Of a stretch of DNA of 52,348 bases, positions 33,907-42,773 are shown piece by piece. Position 1 is the stretch's first letter. Every line of letters begins with the position of its first letter. Origin of the DNA: a virus (lineage: Duplodnaviria > Caudoviricetes); the IMG/VR virus record IMGVR_UViG_3300049007_000012, positions 1-52,348 of that record; one strand, written 5' to 3'. Below the pieces are notes generated by a model, which had not been told where the DNA came from, did not search any database, and saw nothing but the letters and a program-made list of their open reading frames with translations. A program made the position numbers and the translations under genes.

Positions 33907-36746
33907 CGACGCTCGCCTGGCCGCATCGGGCCCGGGTCCTCGCGGCCCTGGGTGCCGATCTGACCGCCCGGCCGATGACGTGGGAGTGGACCGACATCGG
34001 CGGCGAGATCCCCGACGACACCGGCGACCACCGGCTCGTCTACCAGGGCATCCCGATCAAGCGGGGCCGCGCCGACATGGCATCCCGCTCGGCGCCGGCG
34101 ATCGCCACTGTGGTGCTCGACAACCGCGACGGGGCCGTCACCCCCCGCAACCCGCGGTCCCTCTGGTACCCGCACCTCGGCCGCGGCACCCCCGTGCGCA
34201 TCGACGCCCAGGGTCCGCCCGGGCTGCTGCTCGACGGCACCACCGCCGGCAACGCTTCGACCCCCGACGCCGCCGCGCTGGAGATCACCGGCGACTTCGA
34301 TCTGCGGTGGGAGGGCGAGATCGCCGAGTGGGTCCGCGGCGACGACTGGTGGGGCGAGTGGCCCGCACTGGTCGGGAGGTGGAAGCCCGCCGGCAACAAC
34401 CGGGCCTACATGATGTGGGTCTCCGGCGACATCCTCGCCGTGTCGTGGTCGACCGACGGCACCGACGCCAACGCGCGGTCGTACGCCGCCGGCATCCTCC
34501 CGGTGACGACCGGCCGGTTCGCCGTCCGCGGGGTGCTCGACGTCAACGACGGCGGCGCCCACACCGTCCGCGGCTACTGGGCCCCCAGCCTGGCCGGGCC
34601 GTGGGAGCAGATCGGCGAGCAGACCGAGGCCGGCACCACCTCGGTCTACGGGGGCGGCACCGCGCCGCTCGAGGTCGGCGTCATCACCGGCGAGATCACC
34701 GTGCCGTTCTACGGCCGCTGCTACGCCGCCGAGGTCCGCAACGCGGTCGGGTCCGTCGTCGCCAACCCGGACTTCGAGGACCAGCAGCCGGGGGCGACGT
34801 CGTTCACGGACGCGGCCGGGCGCACGTGGACGCTCAACGGCACGGCCGAGCTCGACGACTGGCACACCCGCCACACAGGCCAGATCGCCGACGTCCGCCC
34901 GGTCTGGCCGGAGGGCGACATCACCGACGGCACCGACCCCGACGCCCCCGGCCTCGCCCGGGTCACGATGACCGTGGCCGGCCTGATCCGCCGGCTCGAC
35001 GCCGGGGCCCCGACGCTCAAGTCGACCCTCACCCGCGTGGTCACCTCCCCCGTCAACGAGGGCGCCGTGATGGCGGCGTGGCCCATGGAGGACGGCCGCG
35101 ACGCCGTGCAGGCCGCGTCTGCGGTCCCGGGCGCCGGGCCGATGCAGGTCGGTGGCGCCTGGTCGTTCGGCTCGGACAGCACCCTCCCCGCTGCCGACTC
35201 GCTCCCCAGCGTCTCGGCGAACCAGTCCGCCGGCTGGTCCGCCCCCGTGCCCCCGCCCGTCCAGGCCGCCGACAACTGGCGGGTCGAGATCTTCGTCAAG
35301 ATCGACGACCCCCACGTCGACCCCGCCTCACAATCGATCTTCGTGGTCCGCACCGACGGCACCGTGCGCACGTGGAACATCGCGTGCAACGACCAGTTCA
35401 TCGCCCTCGCCGGGTTCGCCGACGACGGCGCCTTCCTCATCCTGGAGGACGCGGCCTCAACCGAGTTCTTCGGGAACGGCTGGGTGCGGGTGTGGCTGGC
35501 CGCCGAGCAGTCGGGCGGGAACATCTCCTACACGGTCGGGTGGGGCGTCGTCGGCGGCAACACCTTCGGGTGGACCGACACCGTGGCCGGCACGGTCGGG
35601 AAGGTGACCAGGGTCGACAACCTGTTCACGGCCCCGCCGAGCGGCGTGTCGTTCGGGCACCTGATCGTGTCGCACGACCGGCCCGACTCGTGGCTCGCCT
35701 CCCCCGGGGCGTTCACCGGCGGCGCCGACACCGCCTACGTCGGAGAGACCGCCAAGGCGCGGTTCCGTCGGCTGGCCACCGAGGAGGGCATCACTCACGG
35801 CGTCATCTCGACCCTGGACGACCCCGGCACCCCGATGGGCCCCCAGCGCCCCGCCAAGCTCCTGACGCTGTTCCAGGAGTGTGCCGACGCCGAGCAGGGC
35901 CACCTCACCGAGATGCGCGACGAGCTCGGCCTGATCCTCCGCACGCGGGCGTCGCTGTACAACCAGGAGCCCCGGGAGGTGGCGGCCGACGCCGGGCTCG
36001 TGAACCCGTTCGAGCCGGCGTACGACGACAGCAACCTGCGCAACCACGTCACCGCCAGCCGGCCCAACGGCTCGTCGGCCAGCGTGCGCCGGCGCCCCAA
36101 CATCATCGTCGAGGGCGAGTATCAGGAGAGCGTCACCGTCCCGGTGGCGACCGACGCCCAGCTGCCCGATCAGGCTGGCTGGCGGGTGCATCAGGGCACC
36201 TGGCCCGAGATGCGCTACCCCTCGCTGGCGGTCGATCTGTCGACCGGCTCGCAGGAGGACGTCGACCTGTTCGACCGGTGGCTGGCTGCCCGCGAGGGCG
36301 ACCGCTGGGACGTGACCGGCCTGCCCGGCCAGCACCCCCCGGGCCCGGTGCGGTCGATGATCGAGGGCAGCGTCGAGACCATCTCGCCGGAGCGGTGGAC
36401 CGTCGGGCTGAACTGCTCGCCGGCCGGGCCGTGGGAGGTCGCCGTCCGCGAGGACACCGTGAGCGGCCGCCGCGACATCGGCGTGTGCGAGCTCACCGGC
36501 GACGTCGACGAGGACGACACGGTGCTCGAGGTCGAGACCCTGCTCGGCCCCCGGTGGACGACCAACGCCGCGGACCTGCCGTTCGACATCGACCTGGCCG
36601 GCGAGCAGATCACCGTGACCGGCGTGGCCGACGTGTCCGGCCAGGTGCAAGAGCTGACCGTCACCCGCTCGGTCAACGACATCGTCAAGGCCCACCCGGC
36701 CGAGACGGACCTCGCCCTCTGGCATCCCCCCATCCGCGCGCTCTGA
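33903..36746 (+). CDS. Large minor tail/baseplate protein with lectin-like (LamG) regions
   Basis: Follows TMP; LDNRDG..TPRNP.S..YP; Trp/beta-rich. Confidence 0.8.
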   Translation: MTTLAWPHRARVLAALGADLTARPMTWEWTDIGGEIPDDTGDHRLVYQGIPIKRGRADMASRSAPAIATVVLDNRDGAVTPRNPRSLWYPHLGRGTPVRIDAQGPPGLLLDGTTAGNASTPDAAALEITGDFDLRWEGEIAEWVRGDDWWGEWPALVGRWKPAGNNRAYMMWVSGDILAVSWSTDGTDANARSYAAGILPVTTGRFAVRGVLDVNDGGAHTVRGYWAPSLAGPWEQIGEQTEAGTTSVYGGGTAPLEVGVITGEITVPFYGRCYAAEVRNAVGSVVANPDFEDQQPGATSFTDAAGRTWTLNGTAELDDWHTRHTGQIADVRPVWPEGDITDGTDPDAPGLARVTMTVAGLIRRLDAGAPTLKSTLTRVVTSPVNEGAVMAAWPMEDGRDAVQAASAVPGAGPMQVGGAWSFGSDSTLPAADSLPSVSANQSAGWSAPVPPPVQAADNWRVEIFVKIDDPHVDPASQSIFVVRTDGTVRTWNIACNDQFIALAGFADDGAFLILEDAASTEFFGNGWVRVWLAAEQSGGNISYTVGWGVVGGNTFGWTDTVAGTVGKVTRVDNLFTAPPSGVSFGHLIVSHDRPDSWLASPGAFTGGADTAYVGETAKARFRRLATEEGITHGVISTLDDPGTPMGPQRPAKLLTLFQECADAEQGHLTEMRDELGLILRTRASLYNQEPREVAADAGLVNPFEPAYDDSNLRNHVTASRPNGSSASVRRRPNIIVEGEYQESVTVPVATDAQLPDQAGWRVHQGTWPEMRYPSLAVDLSTGSQEDVDLFDRWLAAREGDRWDVTGLPGQHPPGPVRSMIEGSVETISPERWTVGLNCSPAGPWEVAVREDTVSGRRDIGVCELTGDVDEDDTVLEVETLLGPRWTTNAADLPFDIDLAGEQITVTGVADVSGQVQELTVTRSVNDIVKAHPAETDLALWHPPIRAL

Positions 36747-36762
36747 GGAGGCACACCCCGCC

Positions 36763-37218
36763 ATGTCCGACCTGACCGCCGGCTCGTTGATCCGAGCGCT
36801 CGACACCCCACCCACCGTCACCAGCGAGGTACCCGACACCTTCAACTTCACCAACACCGCCTACGCCACAACAGGGCAGGCCGGCGGCAACTGCGGCGTC
36901 GCGTTCATGGCCCCCACCACGGGCCGGGTCCTGCTCAAATACGGGGCCCAGATCATCAATGGCGCCACCCCGTCGTCGATCGTCGCGCCGGTGATCCGTG
37001 AGGGCGGCACGGTCGGTTCGGGGACGTCGGTGCTCGCCGCCGCGGACGACAACGCGGTGAGCGCGGTGGGCGCGACCGGGGGGAGCCGGTTCCGGGAGAA
37101 GCTCGTCACCGGCCTGACGCCCGGGGCGACGTACAACGTGCGGCTCGAGCACCGGGTGTCGTCGGCGAGCACGGGCTCGGTGCTGCGCCGCGTCGTGATC
37201 GTCGCCCCCTCGACCTGA
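36763..37218 (+). CDS. Minor tail protein
   Basis: SD GAGGAGG; VTGLTPGATYNV. Confidence 0.7.
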   Translation: MSDLTAGSLIRALDTPPTVTSEVPDTFNFTNTAYATTGQAGGNCGVAFMAPTTGRVLLKYGAQIINGATPSSIVAPVIREGGTVGSGTSVLAAADDNAVSAVGATGGSRFREKLVTGLTPGATYNVRLEHRVSSASTGSVLRRVVIVAPST

Positions 37219-37237
37219 CCTACCCGGCCCGCACGAT
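37218..37237 (+). promoter_or_regulatory. Late promoter motif copy (lysis cassette)
   Basis: ACCTACCCG-GCCCG-CACGAT-7 nt-ATG(37245). Confidence 0.7.
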
Positions 37238-37244
37238 CGGGGCC

Positions 37245-38135
37245 ATGGTGCTCACCGGGCCGGACGTCTCCCACTGGCAGAGCCGTGTCGACTGGGCCGC
37301 GGTGGCCGCGGCGGGCCACGACTTCGCGTGGTGCAAGGCCACCCAGGGCGTGGCCCGGGTCGACCCCCAGTTCGAGCGCAACGTCGAAGGCATACGGGCC
37401 GTCGGCCTGGCGCGCGGGGTGTACCACTTCCTCGACGCCGAGCACGACGCCCGAGCGCAGGCCCGCCACCTCGTCGACACCGCCCGGATGGCCGACTGCA
37501 TGTACGCGCTCGACGTCGAGACCGAGGGCACCAGCAACCCGACGATCGCCCAGGCGGAGGCGTTCGCCGCCGAGTTCCGCGAGCTGATGCCCGGCCGGCC
37601 CCTCGTCATCTACACGTCCTGGGGCTGGTGGTCCGGCCGCGACCCGTCAGGCCGAGGGGCCCGCATCTCGCCGCACCTGTGGCACGCCCGCTACCGGCCG
37701 GTCGGCCAGGGGCCCGGGGCGATGTACGGCGGCTGGGACGCCCCCACGTTCTGGCAGCACACCAGCTCCGGCAACTGCCCGGGCATCGACGGCGGCTGCG
37801 ACCTCAACCAGTTCTACGGGACCGTCTCCGACCTCCGGCACCTCGCCGGCGGCCGGGCGCCCGCCCCCAGCCCGCACCCGTCCGAGGAGGACGACGACAT
37901 GCCCGCACCCCGCAAGGTCACCATCGCCAGCACGACCCCGCAGCGGTTCGCCTACGTGCTGCCCGACGGCCTCGTCGTCGACACCGACCACCAGGGCAAG
38001 CACCTCGTCAAGGGCGCCGCGAGCGTCGACGCGTTCGATGCCGTCTACGGCGGCGGCTCGCCCAACGCCGTGCAGGTCGACATCGTGCAGCAGGCGATCG
38101 GGCGCGAGCGCGCCCGCATGCTCCACGCCGGCTGA
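37245..38135 (+). CDS. Endolysin, GH25 muramidase
   Basis: DVSHWQ, KATQG, YHF, LDVE, WQHTS, DLN. Confidence 0.93.
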   Translation: MVLTGPDVSHWQSRVDWAAVAAAGHDFAWCKATQGVARVDPQFERNVEGIRAVGLARGVYHFLDAEHDARAQARHLVDTARMADCMYALDVETEGTSNPTIAQAEAFAAEFRELMPGRPLVIYTSWGWWSGRDPSGRGARISPHLWHARYRPVGQGPGAMYGGWDAPTFWQHTSSGNCPGIDGGCDLNQFYGTVSDLRHLAGGRAPAPSPHPSEEDDDMPAPRKVTIASTTPQRFAYVLPDGLVVDTDHQGKHLVKGAASVDAFDAVYGGGSPNAVQVDIVQQAIGRERARMLHAG

Positions 38136-38137
38136 CG

Positions 38138-38392
38138 GTGCCGCCTCGTGAGCGGTCGCCGGAGGAGCTGGCCGAGGACATCGCCGGCGTCCGCTCCGAG
38201 GTCCAGCGCCTCGCCGACAGGTTCGATAGCGCCCCGTACGTGCGCTCCGACCTCCACACCGAGCAGATCGGCCGACTCCGCGACGATGTCGGCGCCGTAC
38301 GCGCCCTGTCGATGTGGACCCTCGGCCTGATGTGCTCGTCCATCGTCGGGGCGATCATCGTCCTCGTCATCTCCGTGGGACGCGGCGCATGA
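38138..38392 (+). CDS. Lysis-cassette membrane protein
   Basis: Helical N-part, C-terminal TM. Confidence 0.65.
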   Translation: MPPRERSPEELAEDIAGVRSEVQRLADRFDSAPYVRSDLHTEQIGRLRDDVGAVRALSMWTLGLMCSSIVGAIIVLVISVGRGA

Positions 38393-39048
38393 CCAGCCGC
38401 CTCCGCCGCCTGCTCCACGCCCGGCCGGTGCACATCGCAGCCTTCGCCGGTGGCGTGCTCGCGTTCGGCGGCCTCATCGGCACCGTGGTCGTGTCCGGCA
38501 TCGACACCTCCGACGAGCTCGACGGGCTCCGCTCGGAGAACGCGGACCTCCGCGAGAACGACTCCCTGATGCGCGACCAGCTCGAGGCGCTGGGCATCGA
38601 GCCTGCAGCCCCGGAGCCCCCGCCGCCCGGAGAGCGGGGAGAGCCGGGCGAACGAGGCCCCGCTGGCCCCGAGGGCGAGCGAGGCCCCGCCGGCGCCGAC
38701 GGCAGCGCCGGTCCGCTGGGCGCCGCCGGGTCACCGGGCAGTCCCGGTGAGGAGGGCGGCCCGGGCGGCGAGGGCCCGCCCGGCGCTGAGGGCACACCAG
38801 GCGCGGACGGGAGTCCCGGTGCTGACGGCTCGGGTGGCCCGCCCGGCCCGGCCGGTGAGTCGGTCGTCGGACCGCAGGGCCCTGCCGGGCCGGCCGGACC
38901 TGCTGGCCCACCCGGCGCCCAAGGTGAGTCCGGCCCCACTGGCCCGCCCGGCCCCGGCCCGGCGTCGTTCACGTTCACCTACCTGCTGGTCACGTACACG
39001 TGCTCGGACCCCGAGGGGGACCTGACGTACACGTGCCAGCCAGCCTGA
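38389..39048 (+). CDS. Membrane-anchored collagen-like protein
   Basis: N-terminal TM, coiled coil, long Gly-X-Y run, two C-terminal Cys. Confidence 0.85.
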   Translation: MTSRLRRLLHARPVHIAAFAGGVLAFGGLIGTVVVSGIDTSDELDGLRSENADLRENDSLMRDQLEALGIEPAAPEPPPPGERGEPGERGPAGPEGERGPAGADGSAGPLGAAGSPGSPGEEGGPGGEGPPGAEGTPGADGSPGADGSGGPPGPAGESVVGPQGPAGPAGPAGPPGAQGESGPTGPPGPGPASFTFTYLLVTYTCSDPEGDLTYTCQPA

Positions 39049-39062
39049 CCAGGAGACACACC

Positions 39063-39374
39063 ATGCTGGAGAAGGTCCGCACCCTGTGGGAGAAGGCCAA
39101 GGTTCTCGGCCGCTCCATGCCCGCCCGCGTCGTGGCGGCCTCGACGATCGTGGTGGCCTGCGCCGACCAGATCGCCGCGGTCATCCCGGCCGAGGCGGCC
39201 GAGACCCCGGTCGCCGTGGCGATCCAGGCGCTCGCGTTCGTGGCCGCTGCCATCCAGATCGTCCGCAATGTGGTCCTCGTCCCGGACCGGGCCAAGGGGC
39301 TGACGCTCCCGGCGGGCAAGCAGATGGTCGTCGACGTGGTGGGCCCTCCCCACCGCACGAGCCCCCCGGCCTGA
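39063..39374 (+). CDS. Holin-like membrane protein
   Basis: SD AGGAG; two hydrophobic segments; in lysis cassette. Confidence 0.55.
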   Translation: MLEKVRTLWEKAKVLGRSMPARVVAASTIVVACADQIAAVIPAEAAETPVAVAIQALAFVAAAIQIVRNVVLVPDRAKGLTLPAGKQMVVDVVGPPHRTSPPA

Positions 39375-39377
39375 CCC

Positions 39378-39821
39378 ATGGCCGGCGCAGACATCGCGTT
39401 CAACGTGGCCAAGGGTCGCCACGCCCACTACGGCTCCCTCCCCGGGACGAACGACGCCCTCATCCTCGTGTTCCTCGAGGCGGACGCCCTCGTGGGTGAC
39501 GCCACGATGGAGGACTACGACACGCTCGCCGCCGTCCTCGCCGGGGCCAGCAACGAGCAGTCCACCCTCGGACGCCAGACCCTCACCGGGGCCAGCGTCA
39601 CGGTGAACGACACCGACGACCAGGTCGAGGTCGACGCCGCCGACGTCGTGATCGACCCGGCGAGCGGCGACCCGACCGGCGCGGCGCTCGTCTGCTACGA
39701 CCCGGACACCACCGGGGGCGACGACACCACCATCATCCCGCTGACCAAGCACAGCTACGACATCACCCCGGACGGGTCCGAGCTCACCGTCACGGTCAGC
39801 AACTTCGTCGTCTGCACCTGA
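39378..39821 (+). CDS. Acidic beta-rich virion accessory protein
   Basis: High GC3; first gene of a post-lysis fibre-like module. Confidence 0.6.
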   Translation: MAGADIAFNVAKGRHAHYGSLPGTNDALILVFLEADALVGDATMEDYDTLAAVLAGASNEQSTLGRQTLTGASVTVNDTDDQVEVDAADVVIDPASGDPTGAALVCYDPDTTGGDDTTIIPLTKHSYDITPDGSELTVTVSNFVVCT

Positions 39822-39837
39822 CCGCCAGGGCTGACCG

Positions 39838-41565
39838 GTGGCCCTCGCCAACACCCCGAACGCCCAGCTGCTCCGCAACGCGATCGGAGCGCCGCCGTTC
39901 TTCTCGTGGTGCTGCTGGACGCGGCTCGACCAGGAGCGCGGCGAGGAGTTCACCATCGTCCGCTACGCCGCCGGCAACAGCGTCGGCGGCGGCGGCATGC
40001 AGCCCACCCTCCTCGAAGACAATCAGCTCATCATCTTCGAGGCCAAGGGCGACTTCCCGGACATCTTGGGCGGCGCCGGGCCGACCTGGGACCTGGGCGA
40101 CTGGTGGTTCCTCGGCCTCACCACGATCCTGGCCGACATCGCCGACAACGTGGAGGTCTACTGGGGCCGCCGCGGCGACAGCAGCCTGACGCAGCTCACC
40201 TGCTCATACGACGGCGCCTACCAGCTCCAGAACTGGTACGTCGGCGGCCGGCCCGGCAACGACGGCCAGGACGGCGGCTACCGCCTCCACGGCTCCGTCG
40301 CCCACGACCGCATGTGGCACAGCACCACCCTGACCCCGACGGAGATGCTGGCCGAGTTCCTGTCCCCGACGCCGGTCAAGGCCGGGGCGTGGTCCACCTG
40401 GGCGATGGCCGACAGCGCCACCGCCGGCAATGACACCTCGGGCAACTCCCGGCCGCTCACCGCCCAGGCGGGCACGGGCACGATCACCACGACCGACGGC
40501 CCGTTCGATGGCGGCGGGATCGCCGAGCCGATCGCCCCCGCCACGCAGGCCACCCTCGCCCAGCCCCTCGGCGCCCGGAAGCGACTCGCCCTCGGCACCG
40601 TGGTGGTCGGCTCAGCCGCCAGCGAGCTGACCGCAGCCAAGCGGCTCGCCCTCGGCCCGGCGACCGCCGGCGCCACCCCTGGCACCCTGGCGGCCGGGAA
40701 GCGCCTCGCCCTCGGCGCCGTCACGGCCGGATCGGCCGCCGGTCAGCTCGAGGCGGCGAAGCGCCGTGCGCTCGGCCCGGTCACTGCGGGCGCCACCGCG
40801 GGCGCGCTGGCCGCCCGGAAGCGGCGCGCCCTCGGGACCGCGGCCACCGGCACGGCCGCCGGGCCGACCGGTGCGGCCAAGGCCCGTGCCCTCGCACCGG
40901 TCACCGCGCCGGCCGCCGCCCAGCCGCTCGGGTCGGCGAAGCGGCGCGCGCTCGGCACCGTGGCCGTGGCCGCCGTCGCTGGGGCGCTGGGCCGGGCTAA
41001 GCGTCTCGCCCTCGGCTCGGTCACCGCGGGCACGCACGCGGGCCCGCTCGGCCAGGAGGGCGCCACCACGCAGCCCCTCGGCTCGGTCACGCAGCACACC
41101 GTCGCCCGGCCCCTGGGCGCCCGCAAGAGGCGGCCCCTCGGCACCGCCACCACCGGGACCGGCGCCGGCCCGCTCGGCCGCCGCAAGGCCCGCCCCCTGG
41201 GCACGGCGACAGCGGCCACGTCCGCCAGGCCCGCCGGCCGACGCAAGGCCCGAGGGATCGGCACCGTCACCGTCTCGACGACCGCCGGCACTGCCGGGCG
41301 CCGGAAGGCCCGGTCGCTCGGCTCCGTCGTCACCGGCACGGTGGCCGGCCTGGTCGCCACCGTCCGCCGCCGCAAGGCGATCGGCACCGTCACCGTGCTG
41401 ACGACCGGCCGACCGATCGGGGCCAGCACGCCGCCGGTCGTCACCGACGCCATCGCCACACCGCTCGCCCGCCGCATCGCCGCCAGCCCCCTCACCCGCC
41501 GCAACGCAGGGACGCCGCTGGCCCGCCGCATCGCCGCCACCCGCCTCCGGAGGACACCGCCGTGA
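39838..41565 (+). CDS. Fibre-like protein: N-terminal LamG-like domain plus basic 20-aa repeats
   Basis: GDWWFLGLT, HGSVAHDRMW..LTPTE; repeats xxKRxALGxVT. Confidence 0.7.
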   Translation: MALANTPNAQLLRNAIGAPPFFSWCCWTRLDQERGEEFTIVRYAAGNSVGGGGMQPTLLEDNQLIIFEAKGDFPDILGGAGPTWDLGDWWFLGLTTILADIADNVEVYWGRRGDSSLTQLTCSYDGAYQLQNWYVGGRPGNDGQDGGYRLHGSVAHDRMWHSTTLTPTEMLAEFLSPTPVKAGAWSTWAMADSATAGNDTSGNSRPLTAQAGTGTITTTDGPFDGGGIAEPIAPATQATLAQPLGARKRLALGTVVVGSAASELTAAKRLALGPATAGATPGTLAAGKRLALGAVTAGSAAGQLEAAKRRALGPVTAGATAGALAARKRRALGTAATGTAAGPTGAAKARALAPVTAPAAAQPLGSAKRRALGTVAVAAVAGALGRAKRLALGSVTAGTHAGPLGQEGATTQPLGSVTQHTVARPLGARKRRPLGTATTGTGAGPLGRRKARPLGTATAATSARPAGRRKARGIGTVTVSTTAGTAGRRKARSLGSVVTGTVAGLVATVRRRKAIGTVTVLTTGRPIGASTPPVVTDAIATPLARRIAASPLTRRNAGTPLARRIAATRLRRTPP

Positions 41566-41879
41566 ACGAGACCATCTCCGCCGAGACCGTCGAGCAGCTC
41601 GACACCACGCTCACGATCACCGCCACCGCCGACCCCACCGGTCTCGCCGTCGAGTGGCGGTTCACGTCGGACGACGTCGTCACCGCCTGGGAGGCGGGGG
41701 AGTGGGCCGGCCCGGCTACGGCGGCGCCCGGTGGCCGCTGGCGTGCCCGAGCGCTCACGCCGACGGTCGGCAGCGAGGACGCCGACGTGCCCCTCGACCG
41801 TGGCGTCTGGGCCGCGCACGCCCGGGTCGGCGACGTGATCGTCGGCCCGTCCGACCTCGGCTACATCACGGTCGTGTAG
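41562..41879 (+). CDS. Small beta-sandwich-like protein
   Basis: GTGA coupling; beta-rich. Confidence 0.6.
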   Translation: MNETISAETVEQLDTTLTITATADPTGLAVEWRFTSDDVVTAWEAGEWAGPATAAPGGRWRARALTPTVGSEDADVPLDRGVWAAHARVGDVIVGPSDLGYITVV

Positions 41880-41972
41880 GGCGGGGCCCCGCCACTCGGA
41901 GGACGGGAGGCGGGACCCCGCCGGCACGCCCCGGGGGCGCCGGCTTGGCGGCAGGCCCAGACCCCCGGGGCG
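41880..41972. terminator. Double hairpin between convergent genes
   Basis: GGCGGGGCCCCGCC / GGCGGGACCCCGCC and CGCCCCGGGGG / CCCCCGGGGCG. Confidence 0.5.
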
Positions 41973-41975
41973 CGA

Positions 41976-42167
41976 TCACTCGTCGCCGAGCGGGCCGACG
42001 GCGTCGGCGACGCCCATGCACGACCCGAACGTCTCGGCGCCCTCGTCGCTCATCGCTCGCTCGACCCGGGCGAGCGCGACCTTGCCCAGCTCCTCGGCGG
42101 CCTCCTCGCCGCCGTCGTGGGCGACGTCGACCCCGACCCAGATCCTCGACAGCCGACGGACGGTCAT
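41976..42167 (-). CDS. Small hypothetical protein
   Basis: ATGA-coupled last gene of a leftward operon. Confidence 0.6.
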   Translation of the reverse strand: MTVRRLSRIWVGVDVAHDGGEEAAEELGKVALARVERAMSDEGAETFGSCMGVADAVGPLGDE

Positions 42168-42304
42168 GACCAGCGGCCGTCTCGCAGCTGCTCCTCGAGC
42201 TGGCGCTCCTGCCGGGCCACGACGTGACGGCACGCCCAGTCCCACAGAGCGAACGCCCCGCCCGACGCCAGCAGCGCCGACCCGATCACCAGGACCGCCG
42301 TCAC
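42164..42304 (-). CDS. 46-aa protein with hydrophobic N-terminus
   Basis: MTAVLVIGSALLASGGAFALWDW...; 4-nt overlaps at both ends. Confidence 0.55.
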   Translation of the reverse strand: MTAVLVIGSALLASGGAFALWDWACRHVVARQERQLEEQLRDGRWS

Positions 42305-42453
42305 CGCCCCGCCTCCACGGCAGCGAGCGCATCCTCGGCCCGCCGGCGGGCCCGGAAGAGCCGGGACTGGTTCGGCATCGTCGGCCCCTCCAGCCGGTTC
42401 GCCTCCTCGGCGTCGAGCAGCTCCCGCACGACCGCGGCCTCGTCGGGCGTCAT
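42301..42453 (-). CDS. Small hypothetical protein
   Basis: SD GGGAGGG, ATGA coupling. Confidence 0.6.
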   Translation of the reverse strand: MTPDEAAVVRELLDAEEANRLEGPTMPNQSRLFRARRRAEDALAAVEAGR

Positions 42454-42638
42454 GCGCTGTTCCCTCCCTTGTCCAAAGCCGGGGTGCCGTCGGGCAGCGT
42501 CCCGCTCCCGCAGATCACCAGCCGGCCCGGCGCCCCCGGGCTCAGCGGCGGGTCGCAGTGCTCGACCTCGGCCGGCGGCCCGTCGTCGGCGCTCGATGTC
42601 TCCTCGACCTTCAGCGGTAGGTCGTCGGCGGCGGTCAT
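42450..42638 (-). CDS. Small acidic hypothetical protein
   Basis: First of four coupled leftward ORFs. Confidence 0.55.
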   Translation of the reverse strand: MTAADDLPLKVEETSSADDGPPAEVEHCDPPLSPGAPGRLVICGSGTLPDGTPALDKGGNSA

Positions 42639-42773
42639 GCCCGGGAGTGAACGACGTCACGGGGTGCCGGAGCGAGAGCGGTCCTTGCGCGGCCTGCGCG
42701 GTGACTGGGCGTTCGCTGCGCGTCGGCATCGCTACGCTGGGCGGACGCACCGCCGCGAAACCGTGGGGACGGG

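Noticed and set aside
33506-36775. 1089-aa alternative-frame ORF and other long shadow ORFs (e.g. 1568-3931, 31321-33609, 32901-35315, 49735-51546)
   Set aside because: Arg/Pro-rich or antisense mirrors of real genes, expected at this GC content
40530-41430. CRISPR or DGR template/variable repeats
   Set aside because: Degenerate in-frame coding repeats; no reverse transcriptase in the window
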